Shown: in pieces, positions 28,203 to 38,490 of the stretch
Numbering within the stretch: position 1 is the stretch's first letter
Layout of the letters: every line of letters starts with the position of its first letter
Assembly (NCBI GenBank): GCA_963851065.1
Contig: CAWKNW010000017.1
Span: 165,198 to 229,197, forward strand
Direction of reading: 5' to 3'
DNA length: 64,000 nucleotides
Source of the DNA: an uncultured Thermoleophilia bacterium
GTDB taxonomy: Bacteria; Actinomycetota; Thermoleophilia; Gaiellales; Gaiellaceae
Position numbers and translations under genes: made by a program
Notes under the pieces: generated by a model
The model's input: the letters and a program-made list of their open reading frames with translations, nothing else
Database searches by the model: none
What the model was told of the DNA's origin: nothing

Positions 28203-29416
28203 ACCGTCACGCCCAGCTCGGCGAGCAGCTCATCGACGTCGGCGGCGATCTCCGTCCCGCCGCGGACGTCGACCACCTGCGGAGTCTTCAAGCCGGTCCC
28301 CGTGACGAGCACGACCACCCGGTCGGTCTCGCCGATCGCTCCCGCCGCTGCCGCAGCTCGCAGTGCACCGACAGCGACGCCGGCCGCCGTCTCACCGAAG
28401 ATGCCGCTCGTCGAGGCGAGCAGCGACATGTTCGGGCCGACGTCGGCCTCCGGCACGGCATAGACGGCGCCGCTCGAGGTGCGGGCAGTCGCGATCGCCA
28501 GGTCGCCGTCGGCGGGCGCGCCGATCGCCAGCGAATGCGCGACCGTGTCCGGCCGGACGGGCGACACCGGCCGGTCGTCGGAGAAGGCATGTGCGATCGG
28601 CGCGCATCCCTCCGCCTGCCCGCCGTACAGGCGCGGCCTCTCGCCGGTGACCAGGCCGAGCTGTCGAAACTGCTCGAAGCCTTGCCAGAGCTTCGTGAAG
28701 AGCGATCCGGAGGCGATCGGAGCGACAACGGCGTCGGGCGTCTCCCAGCCGAGCTGCTCGGCGATCTCGAACGCGAGCGTCTTCGATCCCTCCGCGTAGT
28801 ACGCGCGGAGATTGACGTTCACGAACGCCCAGTCGAGCTCACCGGCAAGCTCGACGACCAGGCGAGAGCAGTCGTCGTAGCTGCCGTGGACCGCGTACAT
28901 CTCGGCTCCGTAGACCCCGGTCTGCAGCATCTTCTCCGGCTCGACGGTGCTCGGGTAGAGCACGACCGAGCGCATTCCGCTCGCCGCCGCCCGCGCGGCG
29001 ACGGCGTTGCCGAGGTTGCCGGTCGACGCGCACGCGAGGGTGTCGGTACCGAGCTCGGCCGCCTTGGCGGCCGCGACCGCAACGACACGATCCTTGAACG
29101 AGTGCGTCGGGTTCGTGTGGTCGAGCTTCAACCACACCTCCGCCACGCCGACCGCGTCTGCCAACCTCGGCGCGGCGAGGAGCGGGGTGAACCCAGGACC
29201 GCTGGCAGCGTCGGCGGGTGCCGGTACCGGCAGCAGGGCTTCGTACCGCCACAACGAGTGCGGCCCTGCTTCGATGCGGGCTCGCGTCGCACGGCTCGCC
29301 ACGTCCGTCCAGTCGTAGACCGGCTCGAGCGGGCCGAAGCAGCGCACGCACGTTCCGCTCGCGACGGCCGGATACTCCGCCTCGCAGACACGGCATCTCA
29401 ACGTGTCGACAGGCAT
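28199..29416 (-). CDS. threonine synthase-family PLP enzyme with an N-terminal Zn-ribbon (ThrC-like paralog B)
   Basis: The 405-aa protein contains CRVCEAEY...CVRCFG, NPTHSFKDR and ASTGNLG. It is a paralog of 20101..21309. Confidence 0.85.
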   Translation of the reverse strand: MPVDTLRCRVCEAEYPAVASGTCVRCFGPLEPVYDWTDVASRATRARIEAGPHSLWRYEALLPVPAPADAASGPGFTPLLAAPRLADAVGVAEVWLKLDHTNPTHSFKDRVVAVAAAKAAELGTDTLACASTGNLGNAVAARAAASGMRSVVLYPSTVEPEKMLQTGVYGAEMYAVHGSYDDCSRLVVELAGELDWAFVNVNLRAYYAEGSKTLAFEIAEQLGWETPDAVVAPIASGSLFTKLWQGFEQFRQLGLVTGERPRLYGGQAEGCAPIAHAFSDDRPVSPVRPDTVAHSLAIGAPADGDLAIATARTSSGAVYAVPEADVGPNMSLLASTSGIFGETAAGVAVGALRAAAAAGAIGETDRVVVLVTGTGLKTPQVVDVRGGTEIAADVDELLAELGVTV

Positions 29417-29432
29417 CTCCCCTCCTCTGATC

Positions 29433-31121
29433 TCACGCTGTCCTCGCTCCTTCGGACGCCGAGCCGACGCTCGCCGCGTACTTGGCGAACACGCCGGTCG
29501 AGTAACGCGGCTCGGGCGGCCGCCACGCCGCGGCGCGCTGCGCGAGCTCCTCCGGTGCCACGTCGAGGACGAGTTGACGCCCTTCGACGTCGATTTCGAT
29601 CGGGTCGCCGTCCCGAACGTGCGCGATCGGCCCGCCGCGGAATGCCTCGGGAGCGACGTGGCCCACCATCAGCCCGTGTGTGGCGCCGGAGAACCGGCCG
29701 TCCGTGATCAGCGCGATCTCGTCACCGAGCCCTTCGCCGACGAGAGCCGCGGTCACGTGCAGCATCTCGCGCATGCCCGGCCCTCCGGCCGGGCCCTCGT
29801 ACCGGATCACGACGACGTCGCCGGGCCGGATCGACTGCGCCTTGACGGCTGCGAAGCAATCCTCCTCCGACTCGAAGACGCGAGCAGGGCCGCGATGATG
29901 CAGTCGCTCGTGGCCGGCAAGCTTCACGACGCAACCGTCGGGCGCGAGGTTGCCGCGCAGGATCGCGAGGCCCCCCGTCGGCTTCAACGGATGGTCCCAA
30001 GAGACGACGACGTCCTGGCCGGGACGCTCGTGCACGCCGTCGGCGACCTCGCGCAGCGACCGGCCGTCGACACCAGACGCCTCCTCGTTGACGACGCCTG
30101 CGCGCACGAGCTCCCGCGCGACCAGGGCGACGCCTCCAGCGCGATAGAGGTCGGTCGCGACGTAGCGCCCGGCGGGCTTGATGTCGGCAACGATCGGCGT
30201 GCGCGCCGAGATGCGGTCGAAGTCGTCGATCGACAGCTCGACTCCCGCCTCGGCGGCGATCGCGAGCAGGTGCAAGACGCCGTTCGTAGAGCCTCCGGTC
30301 GCCGCGATCGCCGCAATCGCGTTCTCGAACGCCTCCCGTGTCAGGACCTGCGAAGGGCGCCTGTCTTCCTCCACGAGCTTCATCGCCAGCTCGCCCGCGC
30401 GCACGGCCGCCTCCGGTTTCCCGGGATGCGTGGCCGGGATCTCGTTCAACCCGGGGGCGCTGACGCCGAGGAAGTCGAGCGTGGTCGCCATCGTGTTGGC
30501 GGTGAACTGGCCGCCGCACGCGCCGGCGCCCGGGCACGCGACGCTCTCGAGGGCATGCACGTCGGCGTCGGACGCGGTTCCCGCTGCGTGCGCGCCGACG
30601 ACCTCGAAGACGTCCTGGATCGTGACGTCGCGGCCACGGATAGCGCCCGGCCGCGATCGAGCCCCCGTAGAGCACGAGCCCGGGCAATCGAGCCGCGCCA
30701 GCGCCATCACGGCGGCGGGAATCGTCTTGTCGCAGCCGACGATGCAGACGAGGCCGTCGAACAGGTGGCCACGGGCCACGAGCTCGATCGAGTCGGCGAT
30801 CACCTCGCGCGAGACGAGCGATGCCCGCATGCCGGCGGTGCCCATCGACACACCGTCGGAGACGGAGATCGTGTTGAACTCGAGCGGCGTGCCGCCGGCG
30901 CGGCGAATGCCTTGTTTCACGTACCCGGCCAGCACCCGGTGGTTCAGGTTGCACGGCATCGTCTCGATCCACGTCGTCGCGACGCCGACGAGCGGGCGGG
31001 CCAGGTCGTCATCGGTGAAGCCGACGCCCTTCAACATCGCGCGTGCAGGAGCACGGTCGACGCCGTCGGTCAGCGCCGCGCTGTGCCGCTTCGCGGGACT
31101 GCTCTTCCCGTACACGCTCAT
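29433..31121 (-). CDS. ilvD: dihydroxy-acid dehydratase
   Basis: The 562-aa protein contains the [17 protein letters not shown] and GHVAPEA motifs. It has an ATGA overlap with the thrB stop. Confidence 0.95.
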   Translation of the reverse strand: MSVYGKSSPAKRHSAALTDGVDRAPARAMLKGVGFTDDDLARPLVGVATTWIETMPCNLNHRVLAGYVKQGIRRAGGTPLEFNTISVSDGVSMGTAGMRASLVSREVIADSIELVARGHLFDGLVCIVGCDKTIPAAVMALARLDCPGSCSTGARSRPGAIRGRDVTIQDVFEVVGAHAAGTASDADVHALESVACPGAGACGGQFTANTMATTLDFLGVSAPGLNEIPATHPGKPEAAVRAGELAMKLVEEDRRPSQVLTREAFENAIAAIAATGGSTNGVLHLLAIAAEAGVELSIDDFDRISARTPIVADIKPAGRYVATDLYRAGGVALVARELVRAGVVNEEASGVDGRSLREVADGVHERPGQDVVVSWDHPLKPTGGLAILRGNLAPDGCVVKLAGHERLHHRGPARVFESEEDCFAAVKAQSIRPGDVVVIRYEGPAGGPGMREMLHVTAALVGEGLGDEIALITDGRFSGATHGLMVGHVAPEAFRGGPIAHVRDGDPIEIDVEGRQLVLDVAPEELAQRAAAWRPPEPRYSTGVFAKYAASVGSASEGARTA

Positions 31122-31986
31122 TCAGTGTGAGCCCCCTCTCGCGCCACGCCGAGCGTGAGCACGGTCGTTCCCGCGGGCAGCGTCGACTCGAGCTCGCGTG
31201 CAACCGCGCCCGCGCGTTCGGGCTCGGCCCAGACGACGACCGACGGGCCGGACCCGGAGAGCGTCACACCGGCCGCGCCGGCCGGCGGCCGGTCGCGCAG
31301 AATCCGCAGAAGGGGGGCCCCGTCGACGCGGTACTGCTCGTGCAGACGGTCGGAGAACGCGTCGGCGAGCAGGCTCGCATCGCCCGAGGCGATCGCCGCG
31401 CCGAGCAGAGCTGCGTGTGCGGCGTTCACCGCCGCATCTTCGTGACTGACCGTCGACGGGAGGCCGTTGCGCGAATGTGCGGTGTTCGTCCGCTGCGCAG
31501 GCACCGCGATCACCGGGGTCAGCGGCAGGCCGGAGGCGATCTGCGCGACGCGCCGGACACCGTTGTGCTTCCAGGTGACCGACACCCCACCGAGCAGCGT
31601 CGCGGCAAGGTTGTCCGCGTGGCCCTCGAGCTGTTCGCCGAGTGCGAGCAGCTCGACCAGAGAGATCGCGCGGCCGGAGGCCGCCGCACCGGCAACGAGG
31701 CCGATCGCGATCGCCGCCGCGCTCGACCCGAGGCCGCGCTCGAGCGGAATGCGGTTGACGAAACGGAATCTGAACCGGTCGGGAGCAGCGACGAGCTCGA
31801 AGGCGCGAAGGGTCAGATGCGCGGCATCGGCGGCGAGCTCGTCCGCACCTTCGCCCTCGATTTCGACGACCGGCCCCTCGTCCACCTCTTCGACGACAGC
31901 CTCGTTCCAGAGGTCGAGCGCAGCGGCGGCGGCGTCGAACCCGGGGCCGAGGTTCGCGGTCGAAGCGGGTGCGAGCGCGTGGATGG

Positions 31987-31990
<4 letters not shown>
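31118..31990 (-). CDS. thrB: homoserine kinase
   Basis: The 290-aa protein contains [13 protein letters not shown] and the GHMP kinase motif [12 protein letters not shown]. It has an ATGA overlap with the thrC stop. Confidence 0.9.
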
Positions 31991-32921
<931 letters not shown>

Positions 32922-32931
<10 letters not shown>

Positions 32932-34229
32932 CCGAGCTCCGTCACGCCGCGCTCCGAGACGACCGGCAGCGGCAGCGAGCGCCGGTGGACCTCGGGCAGG
33001 CTGCCGAGCGCGTCCAGCGCGTCGGCCAGGGCTCCCGCGCGCGCCTCGTGCGTCACGACATGCAGCGCGGCGCCCGACCCGTTGGCGTGCTGGACGAGGC
33101 GAGCGATCGAGATCTCACGCTCGGCGAGCTCCTCCGCGACGCGGGCGAGCGTCCCGGGCCGATCCTCGACCGACAGCCGGAAGTAGAACGGCGACCTGCT
33201 GTCGCCCGAGGGCAGCCTCGGCAGCTGCCGCCACGCAGCGTCGTTCTGCAGGAACCCGGTTCCCATCGTCCCGAGCACGCTCGTGATGTCCGCGACGACG
33301 GCGGACGCCGTCTCGATGCCGCCTGCACCGGGCCCCTCGAGCGTGATCTCGCGGATCGCGTCGCCCTGCAGCATCACCGCGTTGAACGCGCCGTCGACCT
33401 TCGCGAGCGGATGCTGCTTGTCGACGAGGGCGGGCCGTACGTTCACGTCGAAGTGCCCGTCGACGAGCCGTGCCGTGCCGATCAGCCGGATCACCATGTC
33501 GAGCTCGCGCGCCGCCGCGACGTCGAGCGGATCGATCGTCGTGATGCCGGAGTAGTCGACGTCCTCGAGATCGACGCGTGAGTTGAACGCGACGGTCGCG
33601 AGAATCGCCATCTTCGCGGCAGCGTCGGCCCCGGACACGTCGTCGGTCGGATCCGACTCGGCGAACCCGCGCTTCTGCGCCTCCGCGAGCGCCTCGTCGT
33701 ACGTGCGGCCGCCCTCCATCTCCGTGAGCACGAAGTTGGTCGTGCCGTTGACGATGCCGAGGACGCGATGGACGTTGGTCACGACCAACGACTCGCGCAG
33801 CACCTTGATCACCGGGATGGCGGCACAGACGCTCGCCTCGAAGCGCAGCTGGACTCCCTGCGAGGATGCGGCGGCGAACAGCTCCGCACCGCGCCGCGCG
33901 ACCAGCTGCTTGTTCGCCGTGACGACGTGGCGTCCGCGTCGCAGCAACTCGAGCACGTAGTCGCCCGCAGGCTCGAGCCCGCCCATCACCTCCGCGACGA
34001 CGGCGATCGACGGATCGTCCGCGATCTCGCGGAAGTCGCCGGTGAGCACACCGCCCGCGGGCGGATACTCACGCTCCTTCCCCGGATTGCGCACGAGCGC
34101 CTTCACCACACGCAGGCGGTGGCCCGTGGCCCGCTCGATGTCGTCGGCCGACTCGGTCAGCAGCCGGTTGACGGCCGCGCCGACCGTCCCGTACCCGAGG
34201 AGTGCAATCGGGACGTCAACGGACGCCAT
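32922..34229 (-). CDS. hom: homoserine dehydrogenase with a C-terminal ACT domain
   Basis: It contains [14 protein letters not shown] (Rossmann motif) and [10 protein letters not shown], and has an ACT-like C-terminus. The start is taken at the ATG at residue 8 of the track ORF. Confidence 0.9.
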
Positions 34230-35220
34230 GGACCTCCGCGGTCTCCTCACGGACGTTCAGCGCCCGCAGCCGCGCGCCGACCTGCTCGAGTTGGGTCTCG
34301 GCCAGCTTCCGGCGGTACTCGTCGAGGACAGGTTGTCCCCGATCCATCTCCGCGATCCACTCGCGCGCGAACGAGCCGTCTCGAATCGCCGCGAGGACGG
34401 CGCGCATGTTCTCGCGGACGTGCTCGTCGACGACCTTCGGGCCTACCGCGTGCGATCCGTACTCCGCTGTGTCGGAGATCGAGTAGTGCATCCGCTCGAT
34501 GCCGCCCTCCCAGATCAGGTCGGTGATCAGCTTCAGCTCGTGGAGGCACTCGTAGTACGCGATCTCGGGTTGGTAGCCGGCCTCGACCAGCGTCTCGAAC
34601 GCGAGACGGATCAGCTGCGTGACGCCGCCGCAGAGCACGCTCTGCTCGCCGAACAGATCGGTCTCGGTCTCCTCCGCGAAGGTGGTCTCGACCATCCCCG
34701 CGCGGGCGGCGCCGAGCGCTGCGCCGTACGCAAATGCAAGCTCGAGCGCGCGCCCGCTCGCATCCTGCGCGACAGCGACGACCGCCGGAGTCCCGTAGCC
34801 CTCCTCGTACAGCCGGCGCACGATGTGCCCGGGCCCCTTGGGCGCGACCATGATCACGTCGTGCCCCTCCGGCGGTGCGATCCGGCCGTAGTGGACGTTG
34901 AAGCCGTGGGCGAAGAGCAGCGCGGCACCGGGCTCGAGGTTCGGCGCCACCTCGGACTCGTACAGCGCCGGCTGGGCGCCGTCGGGGACGAGGAAGACGA
35001 CGAGTTGCGCTCCGCGCACCGCGTCGGCGACCGACCTGACCTTCAGCCCCGCTTCCTCGGCCGCCGCCTTCGAGGCGCTGCCCTCGCGAAGGCCCACTTC
35101 GACCTCGACGCCCGAGTCGGCCAGGTTCAGCGCATGAGCGTGACCCTGGCTGCCGTACCCGAGGACGGCGACCTTGCCGTCGAGAAGCCCAACGTTTCCT
35201 TCTTTCACGATCTCGGCCAT
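34216..35220 (-). CDS. ilvC: ketol-acid reductoisomerase
   Basis: The 334-aa protein contains [23 protein letters not shown] and [11 protein letters not shown]. Confidence 0.95.
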   Translation of the reverse strand: MAEIVKEGNVGLLDGKVAVLGYGSQGHAHALNLADSGVEVEVGLREGSASKAAAEEAGLKVRSVADAVRGAQLVVFLVPDGAQPALYESEVAPNLEPGAALLFAHGFNVHYGRIAPPEGHDVIMVAPKGPGHIVRRLYEEGYGTPAVVAVAQDASGRALELAFAYGAALGAARAGMVETTFAEETETDLFGEQSVLCGGVTQLIRLAFETLVEAGYQPEIAYYECLHELKLITDLIWEGGIERMHYSISDTAEYGSHAVGPKVVDEHVRENMRAVLAAIRDGSFAREWIAEMDRGQPVLDEYRRKLAETQLEQVGARLRALNVREETAEVHGVR

Positions 35221-35235
35221 ACGGTTCCTTTCAGG

Positions 35236-35751
35236 TCAGACTTGGACGGACGGACTGGAAGTGCGCACGGACGCGCTCGGGCGACGGAGCCCGACCCGCC
35301 CGGTGCGCACGAGCTCGCGAACACCATACGGGCGGACCAGCTCCTCGAACGCCTCGACCTGGTCGGGGCGGCCGACGAACTCGAAGGTGATCGCGTCACG
35401 GCCGATGTCGGCGACACGCGCCCCCGCAACCTGGCTCAGCGCCACGAGGTCGGCGCGGCGGTCGGGCGCGACGGTGACGGTGATCAGTGCCAGCTCCCGC
35501 TCGACCGCCTCGTCCGGCTTGAGCTCGGTGACGCGAAGCACGTTCACCAGCTTGTGCATCTGCTTCTCGATCTGCTCGAGCGAGTGCTCGCTGCAGTCGA
35601 CGCGAAGAGTGAGGCGAGAGATGTCGGACCGCTCCGTCGGCCCGACCGCGAGGCTCTGGATGTTGTAGCCGCGCCGCGAGAAGAGCTGCGACACACGCGC
35701 CAGCGCCCCCGGCTTGTTCTCGAGGCGAACTGAGATCGTATGTGTACTCAC
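35236..35751 (-). CDS. ilvN: acetolactate synthase small (regulatory) subunit
   Basis: VSTHTISVRLENKPGALARVSQLFSRRGYNIQSL is an ACT domain. The start is taken at the GTG at residue 10 of the track ORF. The preceding MAGAGAGNQ lies in the repeat element. Confidence 0.9.
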   Translation of the reverse strand: MSTHTISVRLENKPGALARVSQLFSRRGYNIQSLAVGPTERSDISRLTLRVDCSEHSLEQIEKQMHKLVNVLRVTELKPDEAVERELALITVTVAPDRRADLVALSQVAGARVADIGRDAITFEFVGRPDQVEAFEELVRPYGVRELVRTGRVGLRRPSASVRTSSPSVQV

Positions 35752-35757
35752 CTGGTT

Positions 35758-35821
35758 CCCCGCTCCGGCGCCGGCCAAGCCGGCACCTCCGCTCCTTGGC
35801 CGGCTCCGTCGAGCCTACGCC
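35758..35821 (-). repeat. conserved intergenic element, copy 2 (ilvB|ilvN spacer)
   Basis: This core lies within the 94-nt spacer 35752..35845 and matches 24600..24663 at about 54 of 64 positions. It has the same GCCGGCCAAGCCGGC palindrome, flanking CCGCTCC repeats and a GGAGCGGGG Shine-Dalgarno-like 3' end. Confidence 0.65.
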
Positions 35822-35845
35822 GGCGAGCGTTTGCGGCGATCGGGC

Positions 35846-37585
35846 TCATACCGGCACCTCCGTGTCCGGCGCCTCGATGATGTCGACGGCGGCGGCGCCG
35901 GCCGGCACCATCGGGAAGCACTTCTCCTCCGGGTCGCAGCGGACGTCGACGACCGCGGTCCGTCCGGCTGCGAACGCGGCGGTGAGCGCCGCGTCCAGAT
36001 CGTCCTCGCTCTCGACGGTGAAGCCGGCACAGCCGTAGGCCTCGGCGAGCTGGGCGTAGTCCGGGACGGCGTGCGTCAGGTGCGTCTGGGCGAAGCGCTC
36101 GTCGTAGAACATCTCCTGCCACTGTCGCACCATCCCGAGCCACCCGTTGTTGAGCACGACGGCGATCACGGGAAGCCGCTCGAGTGCGGCGGTCGCGAGC
36201 TCCTGGCACGTCATCTGGAAGCAACCGTCGCCGTCGACGCACACCACGGTCGCATCGGGACGCGCAGCCTTCGCACCGATCGCCGCGGGCAGCCCGTAGC
36301 CCATCGTCCCGAGGCCGCCCGAGGTGATGAACGATCGCGGCCGGTCGCAGACGAGGTACTGCATCGCCCACATCTGGTGCTGGCCGACGCCCGTCGTCCA
36401 GACCACGTCCTCCGCGCGCGTTGCAGCGAGATCGCGGAGCGCCTCGACCGCGGTCTGCGGCTTCAGCACGCCCTCGGTCTTCGTGTACCGGAACGGGAAC
36501 TGCTCGCGCCAGTCCTCCACCTGGCGAAGCCACGGCTCGTGTCCCGGCGCCCGGCCTTCCCGCACCCGCTGCAGCTCCTGCGACAGCTCGGTGAGCGCGA
36601 TCGACAGCGGCCCCACGACCGGGATGTCCGCATGGCGGATCTTTCCGACCTCGGCCGCGTCGATGTCGAAGTGGATGACCTGCGCCCCCGGCGCGAACGC
36701 GGAGACCTTCCCGGTGACGCGGTCGTCGAAGCGCGTACCGACGGCGATCACGAGGTCGGACTTGTTGAGCGCCCAGTTCGCGTACTTCGATCCGTGCATC
36801 CCCGGCGGGCCGTAGTTGAGCGGATGCGAGTCCGGAAGGCAGCCCTTCCCCATCAGCGTCACGACCGCCGGGAGCCGGGCCGACTCGACGAGCTCGAGCA
36901 GCTCGGCGCACGCGTCGGCGTTGAGGACACCGCCGCCCGCATAGATGATCGGCCGCTCGGCGGCCGCGATCGCCTTGGCGGCCTCGTGCACCTGCTTCGG
37001 ATGCACCTTGCGCGGCGGCTTCCAGCCCGGCAGGTCGACCTCCTCGGGGTAGGCGAAATCGAGCTCGGCCTCCTGCACGTCCTTGGCGACGTCGACGAGC
37101 ACGGGCCCCTGCCGTCCCGTCCGGGCGACATGGAACGCGGCTTTGAGGACGTGCGGCAGCTCCTCGACGTCCTGGACGAGCCAGGAGTGCTTGACGATGG
37201 GCATCGTGATGCCGGTCGCATCCGTCTCCTGGAACGCGTCGGTCCCGATCAGCGACGAGCGCACCTGCCCTGTGACGCAGACGAGCGGCGTCGAGTCCAT
37301 CCAGGCATCGGCGATCGGGGTGACGAGATTCGTGGCGCCCGGGCCCGAGGTCGCGATCGCGACGCCGACCTTGCCCGATGCGCGCGCATAGCCCTCGGCC
37401 ATGTGGCCGGCTCCCTGCTCGTGGCGGGCAAGCACGTGCCGGACCGACGTCCCGCGCGCCATCGCGTCGTACGTGGGGAGGATCGCGCCGCCCGGGATGC
37501 CGAACGCGACGTCGACGCCCTCGTGCTCGAGTGCACGCAGGATCGCGTCCGACCCCAGCATCTTCGTCTGCTTCGTCATCTCCAT
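35846..37585 (-). CDS. ilvB: acetolactate synthase large (catalytic) subunit
   Basis: The 579-aa protein is a ThDP enzyme with GIPGGAILP, GGLGTMGYGLPAAIGA and GDGCFQM motifs. The third codon is an ATG that forms an ATGA overlap with the upstream stop. Confidence 0.95.
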   Translation of the reverse strand: MEMTKQTKMLGSDAILRALEHEGVDVAFGIPGGAILPTYDAMARGTSVRHVLARHEQGAGHMAEGYARASGKVGVAIATSGPGATNLVTPIADAWMDSTPLVCVTGQVRSSLIGTDAFQETDATGITMPIVKHSWLVQDVEELPHVLKAAFHVARTGRQGPVLVDVAKDVQEAELDFAYPEEVDLPGWKPPRKVHPKQVHEAAKAIAAAERPIIYAGGGVLNADACAELLELVESARLPAVVTLMGKGCLPDSHPLNYGPPGMHGSKYANWALNKSDLVIAVGTRFDDRVTGKVSAFAPGAQVIHFDIDAAEVGKIRHADIPVVGPLSIALTELSQELQRVREGRAPGHEPWLRQVEDWREQFPFRYTKTEGVLKPQTAVEALRDLAATRAEDVVWTTGVGQHQMWAMQYLVCDRPRSFITSGGLGTMGYGLPAAIGAKAARPDATVVCVDGDGCFQMTCQELATAALERLPVIAVVLNNGWLGMVRQWQEMFYDERFAQTHLTHAVPDYAQLAEAYGCAGFTVESEDDLDAALTAAFAAGRTAVVDVRCDPEEKCFPMVPAGAAAVDIIEAPDTEVPV

Positions 37586-38490
37586 ACCTCGTCGAAGTGG
37601 TCGACATCGGTGCGCGCCTGGGGCAACAGCTCGAGCACCGCGTCGGTGAAGGAGCGTGTGTCCCGTGGAGCCGTACCGTCCGACCGCGATGATGCCGCAC
37701 CGACCGCCCGCTCGAGCGTCCGCGACGAGGCACGTCGCTCGAGGCCCTCGGCCAGCAGTAGGGAGGCCGTCAGCAGCATGCCGGTCGGATCGACGACGCC
37801 GAACCCGGCGACGTCGTCGGCCTCCGACGAGCCCGGCGCGAACACGCCGGGCCCTTCGTCAGACAGCCAGGCGTGCGCAACCGACGCCTGCGTGCCGGCA
37901 AAGTGCGCCGCGGCGTCGACGATCCCTGAGTGCAGCTGCGCCTCGGCGACGATCACGTCGAGCTCGTCGGGGCACTCACGCAACCGGATCAACGTCACGC
38001 CGAGGCCCGCCTGTTCGACCTCGAGACCGTCGTGCCGAGCTCGTCCGCGCTCGACCGCCTCCCTCCAGTCGGGCGACTCGCCGACGGTGAGGATCCGGCC
38101 ACGCCGCGCGCTCGCACAGGCGAACGCCCGCTCGACGGCGACGTCGTTGGCCCAATCCGCCACCGGCGCCATGACGACGAGATCGCGGCCCGGGCCCAGA
38201 TGGATGCCGGCGGCGCGCCAGGCGAGCTGCAGGTCGGCCTTGACGCCCTCGAGCGCCGGAGAGGCCGACGACGCGACGAGGATCGCGTCCGCGTCCCGGT
38301 AGCGCGCGCGAGTCTCGGCCGGCAGCGGGTGGCCGGAGCGAGTCACGCCTTCGCCCGCGAACGGCAGGTGGACGTCGTCGAGCGACCAGCCGTGGAGCCT
38401 GGCCACGCCGTCGAGTGCCCGCGTCGCCGCAGCCATCAGCTCGGGCCCGACGCCGTCGCCCGCCAGACACGCAACGGTCTTGCTCGTCAT
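37576..38490 (-). CDS. isocitrate/isopropylmalate dehydrogenase-family protein with degenerate catalytic motifs
   Basis: This is 304 aa from the internal ATG of track ORF 37576..38613. The N-terminal VACLAGDGVGPEL and GHPLPAET align with LeuB. The RELTGG, DKANV, GDILSD and HGSAPD motifs are replaced (DLVVMAPV, VGESPDW, HSGIVDAAA, PGSSEADDV). It has ATGA overlaps on both sides. Confidence 0.7.
   Translation of the reverse strand: MTSKTVACLAGDGVGPELMAAATRALDGVARLHGWSLDDVHLPFAGEGVTRSGHPLPAETRARYRDADAILVASSASPALEGVKADLQLAWRAAGIHLGPGRDLVVMAPVADWANDVAVERAFACASARRGRILTVGESPDWREAVERGRARHDGLEVEQAGLGVTLIRLRECPDELDVIVAEAQLHSGIVDAAAHFAGTQASVAHAWLSDEGPGVFAPGSSEADDVAGFGVVDPTGMLLTASLLLAEGLERRASSRTLERAVGAASSRSDGTAPRDTRSFTDAVLELLPQARTDVDHFDEVWR

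Noticed and set aside
35714-38302. An 862-aa plus-strand ORF. Similar long ORFs occur at 10490..12340, 18128..19696, 24526..26241, 29403..31130, 34042..35733 and 49813..51327.
   Set aside because: All of them lie opposite to, or out of frame with, genes that have unambiguous motifs: ilvB, ftsH, lysC, leuC, ilvD, ilvC and ctaD. Their sequences are low-complexity and Arg-rich.
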